NCBI GenBank assembly: GCA_965262715.1 | Contig: OZ253553.1 | Span: forward strand, 1,376,001-1,440,000 | Length of the DNA: 64,000 nucleotides | Origin: Bdellovibrionales bacterium | GTDB taxonomy: Bacteria > Bdellovibrionota > Bdellovibrionia > Bdellovibrionales > JAUICD01 | Reading direction: 5' to 3' | Shown here: positions 49,568 through 58,792 of the stretch, piece by piece | Layout: every line of letters begins with the position of its first letter | Numbering within the stretch: position 1 is the first letter of the stretch | Translations under genes and position numbers: made by a program | The notes under the pieces: generated by a model | Databases searched by the model: none | What the model saw: only the letters and a program-made list of their open reading frames with translations | Told to the model about the DNA's origin: nothing

Positions 49568-50473
49568 CTATAACATATCAATTAAATTTATCTGTTTAAC
49601 ACTATCACCTTCTTGCAATCCATTGGTAATTTCAAAATAAGATTCATTTTGAATCCCTACTCTAATATTTCTTTTTTGATTATTTTTCATCATAACAAAG
49701 AAAGTATTATCTTCTCTAGAAATAAATTCATGAGGCAAAGTCAAGACCTGCTTTTTTTCAACACTTATAATATCAATAACAGCAGACATTCCTGGGTGGA
49801 TGTTCTTATCAAGATCAAGAATCTTTGCCTTAGATTCAAATTCTATGTTATCATTTTCTCTCCAAGTGACCTGATGTTTCGCAGCAAGAGATACACTTTC
49901 TATAATTCCCTTGTATTGTTTATTCAATATAGTAGAAATTTTGATAATGGCTTTCTGTCCTGGTTTGATCTTTAACCTATAAAGTTCTGGGATATCAAAA
50001 TCAATATAGAGATTATCCAATTTATCAATCCTTACAAGATAATCTTCTATATTATTTTTTGTCACAAACTCCCCTTCTTCCTTAAGAACATGAACTGTCG
50101 TGCCTGAAAAAGGCGCTCTAATGGGATAATAAAATTGGTTAAACGACTGCAAAGTTTCTCTAAGAGAAACAATAGGCGCATTTTTTTTTACTTTATCACC
50201 TATTTTGACATACATCTTTTGCACATAACCATCAAAAGGAGCTGTGATAATTGTCTTTCTTTCAGGTTCTACGTTACCCACAATACTTATTTTTTCATTT
50301 AAGTCCATGCGTTTTACAGTTGCCGTTTTTTTAACAAAAGAAGGTTTTGATCTATGTTCAATAGATAAATAAATAACCCAAATAATAGAAATCATAGTAA
50401 GCAAAACTATAAAAAACTTAATGATTGTTGATGTTTTCATAAAGATCTCCCTTATGATGTTCATATTCAGCAA
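49568..50473 (-). CDS. MacA-like periplasmic adaptor (likely start ATG 50440)
   Basis: N-terminal TM, ITAPFDGYV, VKIGDKVKK, IRAPFSG, IHPGMSA, ITNGLQEGD. Confidence 0.9.
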   Translation of the reverse strand: MLNMNIIREIFMKTSTIIKFFIVLLTMISIIWVIYLSIEHRSKPSFVKKTATVKRMDLNEKISIVGNVEPERKTIITAPFDGYVQKMYVKIGDKVKKNAPIVSLRETLQSFNQFYYPIRAPFSGTTVHVLKEEGEFVTKNNIEDYLVRIDKLDNLYIDFDIPELYRLKIKPGQKAIIKISTILNKQYKGIIESVSLAAKHQVTWRENDNIEFESKAKILDLDKNIHPGMSAVIDIISVEKKQVLTLPHEFISREDNTFFVMMKNNQKRNIRVGIQNESYFEITNGLQEGDSVKQINLIDML

Positions 50474-51734
50474 AAAGATTTTTTAAATTAAAAAAGTTTA
50501 TATAATAAGACTCTTGCGCTCTTTTATAATTATCAGAAGCATTAATAAAATCTAAGAATGTAAGCAGCCCATTACGATAGTCACGAGTGATAGAATCATA
50601 AGCTTCTTTTTCTAAATCTATCAACTCCTTACTTGAATTTAAGTTATTAACCTGTTGGTTGATGCTTAAAAAAAGTGTTTCAATCTGTGTTTTTAATCTC
50701 AGCAAATTTTGATCAATATCATTGTTCTGAATATATGATGTCACTTTTGCAATAGAAAGATTTCTCTTCCTAATTCCCCAATCCCATAGATTGTATTTTA
50801 ATGTGACAAAAGCTGATAAATTGACAGGGTCCGATTTATACATCTCATGATTAGAGTTAAGATAAGACATGTTAGCATCGACTGTGATAGAAGGCCAATA
50901 TTTCCTCTCTTCTAGTTGAACTTGTGCCTTATTGATATCCTTACTATAATCTGCAATTTTATATTCGTAATGACTTTTTAAAACAGCTTCTATTTCTTTC
51001 ATATCTATTGTTTTATAATTAACCTCTGTTATCTTCATAGAAGAGACAGCCAATAATGTACCCATAAAACCTATTATGGATTTTAAACGTTCTATAGATT
51101 GATGAATAGCAGTTTCTGTTTGAGAGATAAGGATCTGATTTCTTTGAAATTCTGCTTTGAATCGTAAGAAGTCAATTCTCCTTTCCCCTCCATGTTTATA
51201 TTCTTCTTCAGTCAATTGAAATCGCTGTTTTATTAATTCATATTGGGCTTTTTGCACTTTCAACAAATAAGTTAAAAGAGAGTAATTGCTATATTCTCTT
51301 ATCACATCTAAGCAAATTTGACTTTGATCCCTTGCATATTCTACAAATGACCTGCTGTTTTCTTGTCTGGCAATATGATAAGCAGTCATATTTGCGCCAT
51401 TATTATAGAGCGTTTCACTTAAGGAAAGTGTAAGTCCTGTTGTTAGAGGTGTATCTTGTGGCATCATACTGTTTTTTGTATATCCCCAGTCAGTCTTTAG
51501 ATCCAATGAAGGAAAAAACTGTGAAACAGCATTTTTCACCTTGAAATGGTTGATTCTAAGCCTATGAGTAGAGTTTTTGGACATGGGGGAATGTACTAAA
51601 GCATGCTTTATGAGATCTCTGAGTTGAAACTTTCTAAGTTGAGACTCTTTTGCAGAAACACCATAAGACACAATCATTATGCCTAATAATAAATGTAGTA
51701 AAAAAGTAGCTTGATGAGTTTTCATAAAGTGCAT
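50418..51734 (-). CDS. TolC-family outer-membrane efflux protein
   Basis: Signal peptide, two repeats (FFPSLDL...LYNNG; YWPSITV...LWDWG), YRNGLLTFLD. Confidence 0.88.
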   Translation of the reverse strand: MHFMKTHQATFLLHLLLGIMIVSYGVSAKESQLRKFQLRDLIKHALVHSPMSKNSTHRLRINHFKVKNAVSQFFPSLDLKTDWGYTKNSMMPQDTPLTTGLTLSLSETLYNNGANMTAYHIARQENSRSFVEYARDQSQICLDVIREYSNYSLLTYLLKVQKAQYELIKQRFQLTEEEYKHGGERRIDFLRFKAEFQRNQILISQTETAIHQSIERLKSIIGFMGTLLAVSSMKITEVNYKTIDMKEIEAVLKSHYEYKIADYSKDINKAQVQLEERKYWPSITVDANMSYLNSNHEMYKSDPVNLSAFVTLKYNLWDWGIRKRNLSIAKVTSYIQNNDIDQNLLRLKTQIETLFLSINQQVNNLNSSKELIDLEKEAYDSITRDYRNGLLTFLDFINASDNYKRAQESYYINFFNLKNLFAEYEHHKGDLYENINNH

Positions 51735-51912
51735 AGCTGTTGAAAATTAATAAGAATCACAAATATCTTGACTGAGTCAAGCTATGACTCTTTTCTCAGA
51801 ATTTCAGCAAATTGACATATCCGGGAAAGTCCATTCTAGACACATAGGTAACGATTTTGACAAGAATACTCTTCTAGAGGGTTTTTACTTTTTTATGGCT
51901 TTAATAATAAAT

Positions 51913-52020
51913 CCTGTATTTTTTACACCATAGCCCTGTATTTTTTACAAGAAAATTGCTTCTAAAATAGAGAACTTCTCATGTGACAAAAAGTAAATGT
52001 GAGAGTTGATAATAAAGATA
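51913..52020 (+). repeat. About 108-bp segment, inverted copy at 54424-54532; contains two TGTATTTTTTACA sites 22 bp apart
   Basis: Near-identical to the reverse complement of 54424-54532; sites at 51915-51927 and 51937-51949. Confidence 0.88.
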
Positions 52021-52069
52021 TAACTTATTTTAATAACTTATCTTTACCTCCTTCTTATTTCTTGTTTTC

Positions 52070-52085
52070 TGGAATAGACTTTGCT
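52070..52085 (+). promoter_or_regulatory. Putative sigma54 promoter
   Basis: TGGAAT-AGACT-TTGCT (GG-N10-GC), 110 bp upstream of the 52195 start. Confidence 0.55.
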
Positions 52086-52194
52086 ATAAACCATTACTAA
52101 GAAGTTCAAAAGGTACTTTTTTTAATAATTTTTCTTTCTAACAAAATCTAAAGATATAATACGAATTTCAATTAAAACAAGGAGAAACCGAACT

Positions 52195-54285
52195 GTGAAA
52201 AATTTATTTTTATTTAATTTAACTATTACCTTGCTTTTTACAAGTAATAGCTTTGCCCAAAGTCAAAACCTTGAAGACGAGTTATTTAAGTTAAGAAATG
52301 AACCACTGACTCCCTCTGATTCACCTACTCAGATAATGAGAGACATAGAAGACCTAAATGATCAGTACATCAATTATCGTCAAGCAGCCCTTTCAAATTT
52401 AAGCAAACCAGAACATCTTGAGAGAGGAAGAGAAATTGCAGAAACTATTGGCTTAGAGGTTGTTAGAAGAAGAAATACTTTATTGCTTCATGCTCATGTT
52501 TTACGGCTAAGACAAAAAATCGAACAAATAGAAGATGCTTTACAAAGTGATAGTTACCCTCGTCTTTGGATGAGACAAGCTGACCAGTTGGTTCTTGATA
52601 GCAGCCGTGAAAGGCTTGCAACCATCGAACAAATATTAACTTCTACAGAGACTCCTAACAGTGGTATTTTAGACGCGGCTATTACTGATCTCTCTGCTTT
52701 TATTAGCGAACATCGTGCTGATATTTCTCATCAAGACAGAACACTTATACAAGCTTTTGATCAAGATAAACCTGAATCAAGACCTGATTCAAGGATAAGG
52801 ATGAAATTAAAAGGAGATTTCACTGCAAATGGGTCTACCAATACTAGTGTTAATGACATCTTCCATCAACTAAACCTCCTCTTTGATCGCATAAGACAAC
52901 ATCCTGAATCTAGAGCAAGGTGGACGAATTATTTACATGAAGAAATAGAAGAATTAAGACCTTCATCTTTAATAGAAGTAAGAGAAAAGGGTTTATCAAT
53001 TACAGATTTAGAAGATGCAGCAAAAAATGTTTCATCAAAAGCAAATGATTCCCTCAATTTAGAGAGAAATATGCAAACACTGCAAACACTTGAAGAAGAA
53101 GCACTTCTATTAAAAAGAGCACTCATGATGATGTATGCTGAAGTGTCTGTATCTCCTTATGAATTTGTTAGAGAAAATACACTCCTCTTGGCAAATTTAT
53201 TTGAACTTGATGGAAACTATTCCACTCTAACTACTCTCCAAAAGCTTATTGAATCTCCTGAAAATTTAGCTACCAAACAAAGAGTTGAGTCATTGCGTAC
53301 AGAACTAATAAAAGTAGTCTCTCTAATTCCTCATACACCAGAGAATACCACATCATTAGCATCTTCTTGCCTTAATACACCAGCACCTGCAAATACAAAG
53401 ATAAGCTCTCTCGATATGACATTTTTAGAAGCACTGAATATCTCTCCTACTTCTCCTAGAACAGCTTCTGCAAATGATCTATCTTTTATGTTTTTAAAAC
53501 CTACTCTACAAGGAAATTCATTATCTTGTGTTGCTCATTCTGTTGCTTCAGATATGGAATTTGAAATCAACAAGACAAACCATGGTCAAGTAGACATAGA
53601 CGAAGAATACACTTATCTGAAATTACAGCACCGTTTTTATAGCTGGCATCATCCTATATCTATTGAAGTAAAAGACACATTATCACAAGGCAATTGGAAT
53701 GACCAGGAAGATTATTCCGATAGAGGTGTTGTTTCTGATTTAAACTTGAATGTTCTTCGACCTCGCCAAACTTTTAGAAGTGATTCTCCTAGTCCCTATA
53801 CAGATACTAGTGGTGTCTTAGCAGAAATAGAACCAGGAGATCATCAAGGAGAAAGACAAAAAGTAATAGATAGACTTAGAAATAAACCTAGGTATGCCGT
53901 ACAAGCTTATATTCATTATATTGATCCATGGCAACATAGAAGAAGAAGAAGAAGAGTGGATTGTTCCTTCATCCGTTTATTGATAGACAACCAACAACCA
54001 CCAATAATTACACTTTCATCTAATGCTAGGAAGTTAAGTGGTGAAGGTTGGCTACATATACCTCCTATGAATACTGGTATACAGCACACAGCACTTATTG
54101 TAGGTTATGGTGAGGGAATAGACCCTCGAGATATGATAAAAAAACCTTATTTTATTTTACGTGATAGTTTTGTAGATGAGCCTATTCATTATAAGGTTGC
54201 TGCTGATGAACTGCTACCACAAATAAGAAATCTTCACAAAATAACTCAAGTCGTACACCTCAACCCTACACCCTCTGCTCTTTAG
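52195..54285 (+). CDS. Secreted protein with helical N-terminal region and C-terminal papain-like (C1) cysteine peptidase domain
   Basis: Signal peptide ending SFA; LQGNSLSCVAHSVA (Q..C), QHTALIVGYG (H), YFILRDSF (Asp at the usual Asn position); AAGGAG upstream. Confidence 0.78.
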   Translation: MKNLFLFNLTITLLFTSNSFAQSQNLEDELFKLRNEPLTPSDSPTQIMRDIEDLNDQYINYRQAALSNLSKPEHLERGREIAETIGLEVVRRRNTLLLHAHVLRLRQKIEQIEDALQSDSYPRLWMRQADQLVLDSSRERLATIEQILTSTETPNSGILDAAITDLSAFISEHRADISHQDRTLIQAFDQDKPESRPDSRIRMKLKGDFTANGSTNTSVNDIFHQLNLLFDRIRQHPESRARWTNYLHEEIEELRPSSLIEVREKGLSITDLEDAAKNVSSKANDSLNLERNMQTLQTLEEEALLLKRALMMMYAEVSVSPYEFVRENTLLLANLFELDGNYSTLTTLQKLIESPENLATKQRVESLRTELIKVVSLIPHTPENTTSLASSCLNTPAPANTKISSLDMTFLEALNISPTSPRTASANDLSFMFLKPTLQGNSLSCVAHSVASDMEFEINKTNHGQVDIDEEYTYLKLQHRFYSWHHPISIEVKDTLSQGNWNDQEDYSDRGVVSDLNLNVLRPRQTFRSDSPSPYTDTSGVLAEIEPGDHQGERQKVIDRLRNKPRYAVQAYIHYIDPWQHRRRRRRVDCSFIRLLIDNQQPPIITLSSNARKLSGEGWLHIPPMNTGIQHTALIVGYGEGIDPRDMIKKPYFILRDSFVDEPIHYKVAADELLPQIRNLHKITQVVHLNPTPSAL

Positions 54286-54370
54286 GAAAAAATAAACTTT
54301 TACTCTTACTAACCACTAGAGACTGTTTACCTTTTACGCTAAGCTCTTGAAGTTGGAAGTGTCCAGCACG

Positions 54371-54532
54371 CTTCTTCACTAGCAAACAGGTAACCTCTGT
54401 GCCTTGCAGTGCTGTCATGAACCTATTTTTATTATAATCTCTCACATTTACTTTTTGTCACATGAGAAGGTTTCTATTTTAGAAGCAATTTTCTTGTAAA
54501 AGATACAGGGCTATGGTGTAAAAAATATAAGG
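54371..54532 (-). repeat. Family A fragment (54371-54440) joined to the inverted copy of 51913-52020
   Basis: Reverse complement ATGACAGCACTGCAAGGCACAGAGGTTACCTGTTTGCTAGTGAAGAAG aligns with 57933-57978 and 1133-1180. Confidence 0.75.
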
Positions 54533-54745
54533 TTTGTAAAAAGTCATATTTTAAATAAAATAAAGGTTCATGCATGACACTACTCTAGTTGACTTTATTG
54601 TGTCTTTTTCATTTTCTTAATTTGTATAAGTATAAATCGGTGATTATTATACACCTTGCGCCTCTTGAAGAGCTTATAACATGATCTGTTCATTTATCAT
54701 ACTGCAGTCATTCTTCAATTGAGGAATAGAAAAAATATAAGATCT

Positions 54746-55588
54746 TTATGAAAAGTCTATACATTCTCCATCATTAGGGATAAAGCATTTAGGGAAGACC
54801 CCTTCATTTGTGAGATGGTTTTTTAAATCTTTTCTTGATGTGGGGCACATATTCAACGCCTCAAGGTGATTGTAGATGACTTTTCCTGGGGTGAGCCTAG
54901 CAAATGTGACCAAATCATTTATTTTCATTAATATAGGTTGTCCAATATCCATTTGAGCTGTACCTGCTGGCACTATAGATATATCTGGCTTAAAATCTGT
55001 CAATACTTTTTTCACATCATTAGTTAAAATAGTATTTCCTGAGATATAGAGTGAAGGTTCATTAGGTAGCTCTAGATAAAACCCAGAAGGGTTTCCCATA
55101 AACTTATGAATCCAGCCATAACCATGTTGAGCAGGAACTCTGCAAATCTTACCTCCAAAGACTTTTTCAAATCTCCAGTCATCTAAAACCTTGTTAACAG
55201 GAAGACCTAATTTTTTAAGATATTTCTCATCATATTTGCCGCAGATAATAGGAATGTTTTTGTTTTTGAGGAAATTTTCTCCGGGTATATCTAAATGATC
55301 AGTATGTTGAAATAGCTTGAAGCCAAATGAGTGGCTATGAGTTATTAAACAGTCTGTGACTTTATTGAGGGTATTGGAGCTATTTGATGGAAGCTCAACA
55401 GTTGGGTTGCTTTGTTTTTTAAAACGAAAGTAGGAAAAGGCTGGTAAAGATCCTTTTGCTCCTAACATTGGATCAGCTAAGATAAACCTATCGTTAGATT
55501 CAATAATAAATGTAGCATTTCTTAAGTGATGAATTTTCATAATTATAAATATTTTGTTATATTTTTCTTTAAATACCTCTATACACAA
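54746..55588 (-). CDS. MBL-fold metallo-hydrolase (likely start ATG 55540)
   Basis: MKIHHLRNAT, ILADPML, THSH...HTDHLD, VPAQHG, YNHLEALN. Confidence 0.85.
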   Translation of the reverse strand: MCIEVFKEKYNKIFIIMKIHHLRNATFIIESNDRFILADPMLGAKGSLPAFSYFRFKKQSNPTVELPSNSSNTLNKVTDCLITHSHSFGFKLFQHTDHLDIPGENFLKNKNIPIICGKYDEKYLKKLGLPVNKVLDDWRFEKVFGGKICRVPAQHGYGWIHKFMGNPSGFYLELPNEPSLYISGNTILTNDVKKVLTDFKPDISIVPAGTAQMDIGQPILMKINDLVTFARLTPGKVIYNHLEALNMCPTSRKDLKNHLTNEGVFPKCFIPNDGECIDFS

Positions 55589-55992
55589 ATATCTGAGGTG
55601 AGTAAATGTTGATGGTTTTTATTTTGATAAATCCTACCTTTGATAATTTCCTTAAAGTCTTTATGTAAATCTTTATCTTTTGTACATAAAACCTTTGCAT
55701 TAGAAGCTTTTGCTAAACCTAGTATATGAATGTCATTTGATTTTAATGGATATTTTTCAATATCTTTTACTTTTTTTTCCACTTCTTCACTAGGAATGAA
55801 CAGTGCCTGACCAGCACTGTAGTACACCTTTAAGTTATTGTTTGTTAGTCGATTTAATTCTCTTTGAATAGGTTCATAATTTGAATAAACTAATTTCCCA
55901 TTTTGTTTTTCCAACCATTTGTGAATAGGTTTCATATCTTCTTTTTGATTTAAAAAGTCTACCCATCTATTAGAGTCTAAAATTATACACAT
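55579..55992 (-). CDS. PIN-domain-like protein
   Basis: IILDSN at the N-terminus, SNDIHILGLA, VLCTKDKDLHKDF: acidic PIN pattern. Confidence 0.75.
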   Translation of the reverse strand: MCIILDSNRWVDFLNQKEDMKPIHKWLEKQNGKLVYSNYEPIQRELNRLTNNNLKVYYSAGQALFIPSEEVEKKVKDIEKYPLKSNDIHILGLAKASNAKVLCTKDKDLHKDFKEIIKGRIYQNKNHQHLLTSDICV

Positions 55993-56003
55993 AGCTTGGT
56001 TCT

Positions 56004-57461
56004 CTAGTTTTCAAATCCCAACAAACGATTAGATTCTTTTATAAAAAAGTTTCTGTATCCTGTTGGTACTTTTATTAAATTACCTTGTTTATCAAAAAGT
56101 ATATTATGTGCTTGTACTCCATTCTTTACAGGTTCTAAATATATTAAAGATACGTGATTATGAGAAATGTTTCCTTTACGAATTTCAATTCTAATTCTAT
56201 CAAGAATGTAATCACTATGAGTTTCAATTAAAAAAGAATTATTCATTTTTGCACTTTGGACTAACAAAGACGCAAGTTCTGCTTGAGCTTTTGGATGCAG
56301 ATGTACCTCAGGCTGTTGCAATAAAAACCGTGTGCCTTGTTTTCGTATGGGATATTTTTCCTTTTGAATGTCAGAGGTAAAAAGACGCACGAGAAGAGGT
56401 AAAATCTGACTTATACCATAACCAGTATCTATAATGTTAGATTGAATTCCTCTTACTTGAAATTGCAATTGAAAAGGTTCACCTGTAGATCCATATTTTT
56501 TAACTTCAACGTCAGAAAATAATCCAGAAGATTTTCCGAAATTAACTAACCTCTTGTGAATTTTTTTCCAAATATCATCTTGATGACTTAAACGCAAAAG
56601 GGTTACAGGTATCTCACTTCCTTCTGAACTAAGAGATTCCTTAATAGGGTTATATGTTCTTTGTGGCTTTGAACGAATGGGAGCTAAATTAAATATTTCT
56701 TCTGAAAAATACTGCTTTCTATGAGATCGTAGTTCTTTCCATGCTTCAAAGGCTTTTTTTTCCTTTTGATCAATAGAAGCCTCTTCTAAAAAACGCGGTA
56801 TGTATGGATCTATTATATAGGTCGATAGTGAAATATCATTAGAAATAGGTCTATCTCTTTGAAATAATATCTCTTTATTTTTATTTCTAACTGTATTAAT
56901 AGCTTTTTGATTTCTTTCTTCACTAAGAAAAGTCATGTCTTTAAAATTAATACCAACTTGACTCAAAATAGGTTCTGCAACTTTATCTTGCTTCTTAAAA
57001 TGAAGATTATATTTAATATCTGATGCATCATGAACTATTCCAAGTTCAAAGCTCGTTTTTTGCTGGCTATTTTTTCCATTAGATTTTCTAGCAATATCTA
57101 CAAAAGAACCCATAGAATATGGGTCTTTATTAAAATCTGGATTATACCAACCACCTTCTGAAATACAATCATATATAGTAGAAAAGCAACTCATAACAGT
57201 CGTTTTACCCGTGCTATTTTCTCCTACTAAGAAGGTTAAAGGACGAATATCAAAATGCTGCTCATCAGCAAAACACCTTACATTTTTTATTGTCAACTTA
57301 AGGTTTCTTTGATTGCTTTCTTTAGTTTCCTTTTGACTTGATATAGATTGTGATAAAGCTAAATTGGTAGCAGCTTTAGCAAATATACTTGACTTCTTAC
57401 CTTTCAATACTTTAGAGGTTGCTTTTCTTATTTTTGACGATGTCTTTTTTTGTTTTGACAT
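56004..57461 (-). CDS. ABC-type ATPase (AAA_21 with DUF3696-like C-terminus)
   Basis: IKNVRCF, GENSTGKT, TGYGISQILP, LLQQPEVHLHPKAQ, IETHSDY, FDKQGNL..VPTG. Confidence 0.88.
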   Translation of the reverse strand: MSKQKKTSSKIRKATSKVLKGKKSSIFAKAATNLALSQSISSQKETKESNQRNLKLTIKNVRCFADEQHFDIRPLTFLVGENSTGKTTVMSCFSTIYDCISEGGWYNPDFNKDPYSMGSFVDIARKSNGKNSQQKTSFELGIVHDASDIKYNLHFKKQDKVAEPILSQVGINFKDMTFLSEERNQKAINTVRNKNKEILFQRDRPISNDISLSTYIIDPYIPRFLEEASIDQKEKKAFEAWKELRSHRKQYFSEEIFNLAPIRSKPQRTYNPIKESLSSEGSEIPVTLLRLSHQDDIWKKIHKRLVNFGKSSGLFSDVEVKKYGSTGEPFQLQFQVRGIQSNIIDTGYGISQILPLLVRLFTSDIQKEKYPIRKQGTRFLLQQPEVHLHPKAQAELASLLVQSAKMNNSFLIETHSDYILDRIRIEIRKGNISHNHVSLIYLEPVKNGVQAHNILFDKQGNLIKVPTGYRNFFIKESNRLLGFEN

Positions 57462-57840
57462 ACTTTATCCTTTCTATATTGAATCAATTTCTATAGATTT
57501 TTTAAGTTTGATTTGTACTGTAATAAAATTACTATAAAACCACCTGTAATTTATCTTAAACATAGCTCACAGTCACTATTTTTGTTGTGTCATTTATTTT
57601 TTACTTAAGAAATTCATACTTTTTAAATATCTACAGGCTTCCCAATTACTTGTAGGTTTGTTGTACAAACATAAACTTCGATGGTTTATATGCAAGATAT
57701 CCAATACCAGAGCTAACCTTCTGTCACAATTGTTTTTTTAAATTCTTTTTCTTTACCATTTTTTTTCTCCTCACTGTTACTTTCTTTACATTCTAGGAGC
57801 GATCTGACAAAACAAGTTTTATATTTTGCAATATTGAGAA

Positions 57841-57977
57841 AGAGTTATGGCAGGCTTGAAATAAGTGTAAGGCCAGTGCCTCAGAAAATAAAATTTTCAT
57901 TAAAATACTTTATTCTATAATAAAATTATAAAATGACAGCAACACAAGGCACGAGGGTTGCCTGTTTGCTTATGGAA
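57841..57977. repeat. Family A repeat interrupted by a group II intron
   Basis: Left end AGAGTTATGGCAGGC; colinear with 1036-1177 and breaks off at TATGGAA exactly where the intron 3' end begins. Confidence 0.78.
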
Positions 57978-58051
57978 GTCGAGTAGAATAGAGGAATTTC
58001 ACCCCTAAGCTCTCACAGAACCGTGCGTGACAGTCTCCTGTCACACGGCTC
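57978..58051 (-). ncRNA. Group II intron domains V and VI (3' end of a truncated intron)
   Basis: Minus strand GAGCCGTGTGACAGGAGACTGTCACGCACGGTTC (34-nt DV, AGC triad, GAGA loop, 2-nt bulge), then DVI GAGAG..TAGGGGTGAAATTCCTCTA..CT-A-CTCGAC with bulged A and AC terminus. Confidence 0.95.
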
Positions 58052-58069
58052 TTATCATTCCAAACCTTG

Positions 58070-58236
58070 TTATGGCAGTACCAGCTTCCAGTGTGCAAAT
58101 AAGTCTTGGTTTGCTCTCGCAAATCCTTTCAACCATCTGTGGGACCTTCTAAAACTTCTTCTCATACTCTTTAAGGTCCTTCTTACCCACTTTACCAGTA
58201 CCCTGTTTATCCTTCGCAAAATTATTGAAAACGCTG
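58070..58236 (-). pseudogene. C-terminal fragment of a group II intron RT/maturase (domain X, no endonuclease domain)
   Basis: LRRINRVLVKWVRRTLK...RWLKGFARANQDLFAHW ends 19 nt before DV; typical of bacterial class D-like intron proteins. Confidence 0.85.
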
Positions 58237-58677
58237 ATATGCTGATAAATACTCTCATGACTTATAGACAAACCTTTTAGTTTAAGAAAACCGGATATTT
58301 GTTCCGGACTCAAACGTTCACGAAGAAACCTCTCAAGCTTATTAATAACTTTTTGTGTTATTTTTATATGTCTATGAGAGTTTTGAAGACGATGGACTGC
58401 TCTTTCATGGGCTTGTTGAGGAGGATAACCTGCAAGCCTTTGTACGATTCAATTCCCTATATAAGGTGCTTTTATCTCGATCTAGCTGCGTAGCAATTGA
58501 ACTTATTGATTTTCCACTTTTCAAAAGAGCTAAAGTCTGGTATCTCTCACATTGGGTTAGATGAGTGTACTTACTCATGGAATACTCCTTTCGTTATGTA
58601 AAGCTATTGATTAGAGTATTCCTCTAACCTGCTTTAAAAAACTATGCAAGGAGTTGCACTTACGACTTGAATCCACC
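58237..58677 (-). mobile_element. Decayed 5' third of an IS30 copy related to 18483-19820
   Basis: Colinear with 19378-19820, including the left terminal repeat (58648-58677) and ATG at 58578; single-base deletions near 58432 and 58443 break the frame. Confidence 0.92.
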
Positions 58678-58792
58678 TTAGGTTAAGAACTTAATATTTT
58701 TATTTTAGTTTTGAAATGATACACCGATGAAAACTTTATATGAATGAATAGCCGATTAATGATTAAAAGTCAGAGAGGTAAAAGATAAAGAT

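Noticed and set aside
58023..58564. Plus-strand ORFs of 85, 64 and 69 aa
   Set aside because: Antisense to the intron remnant and the IS30 pseudogene
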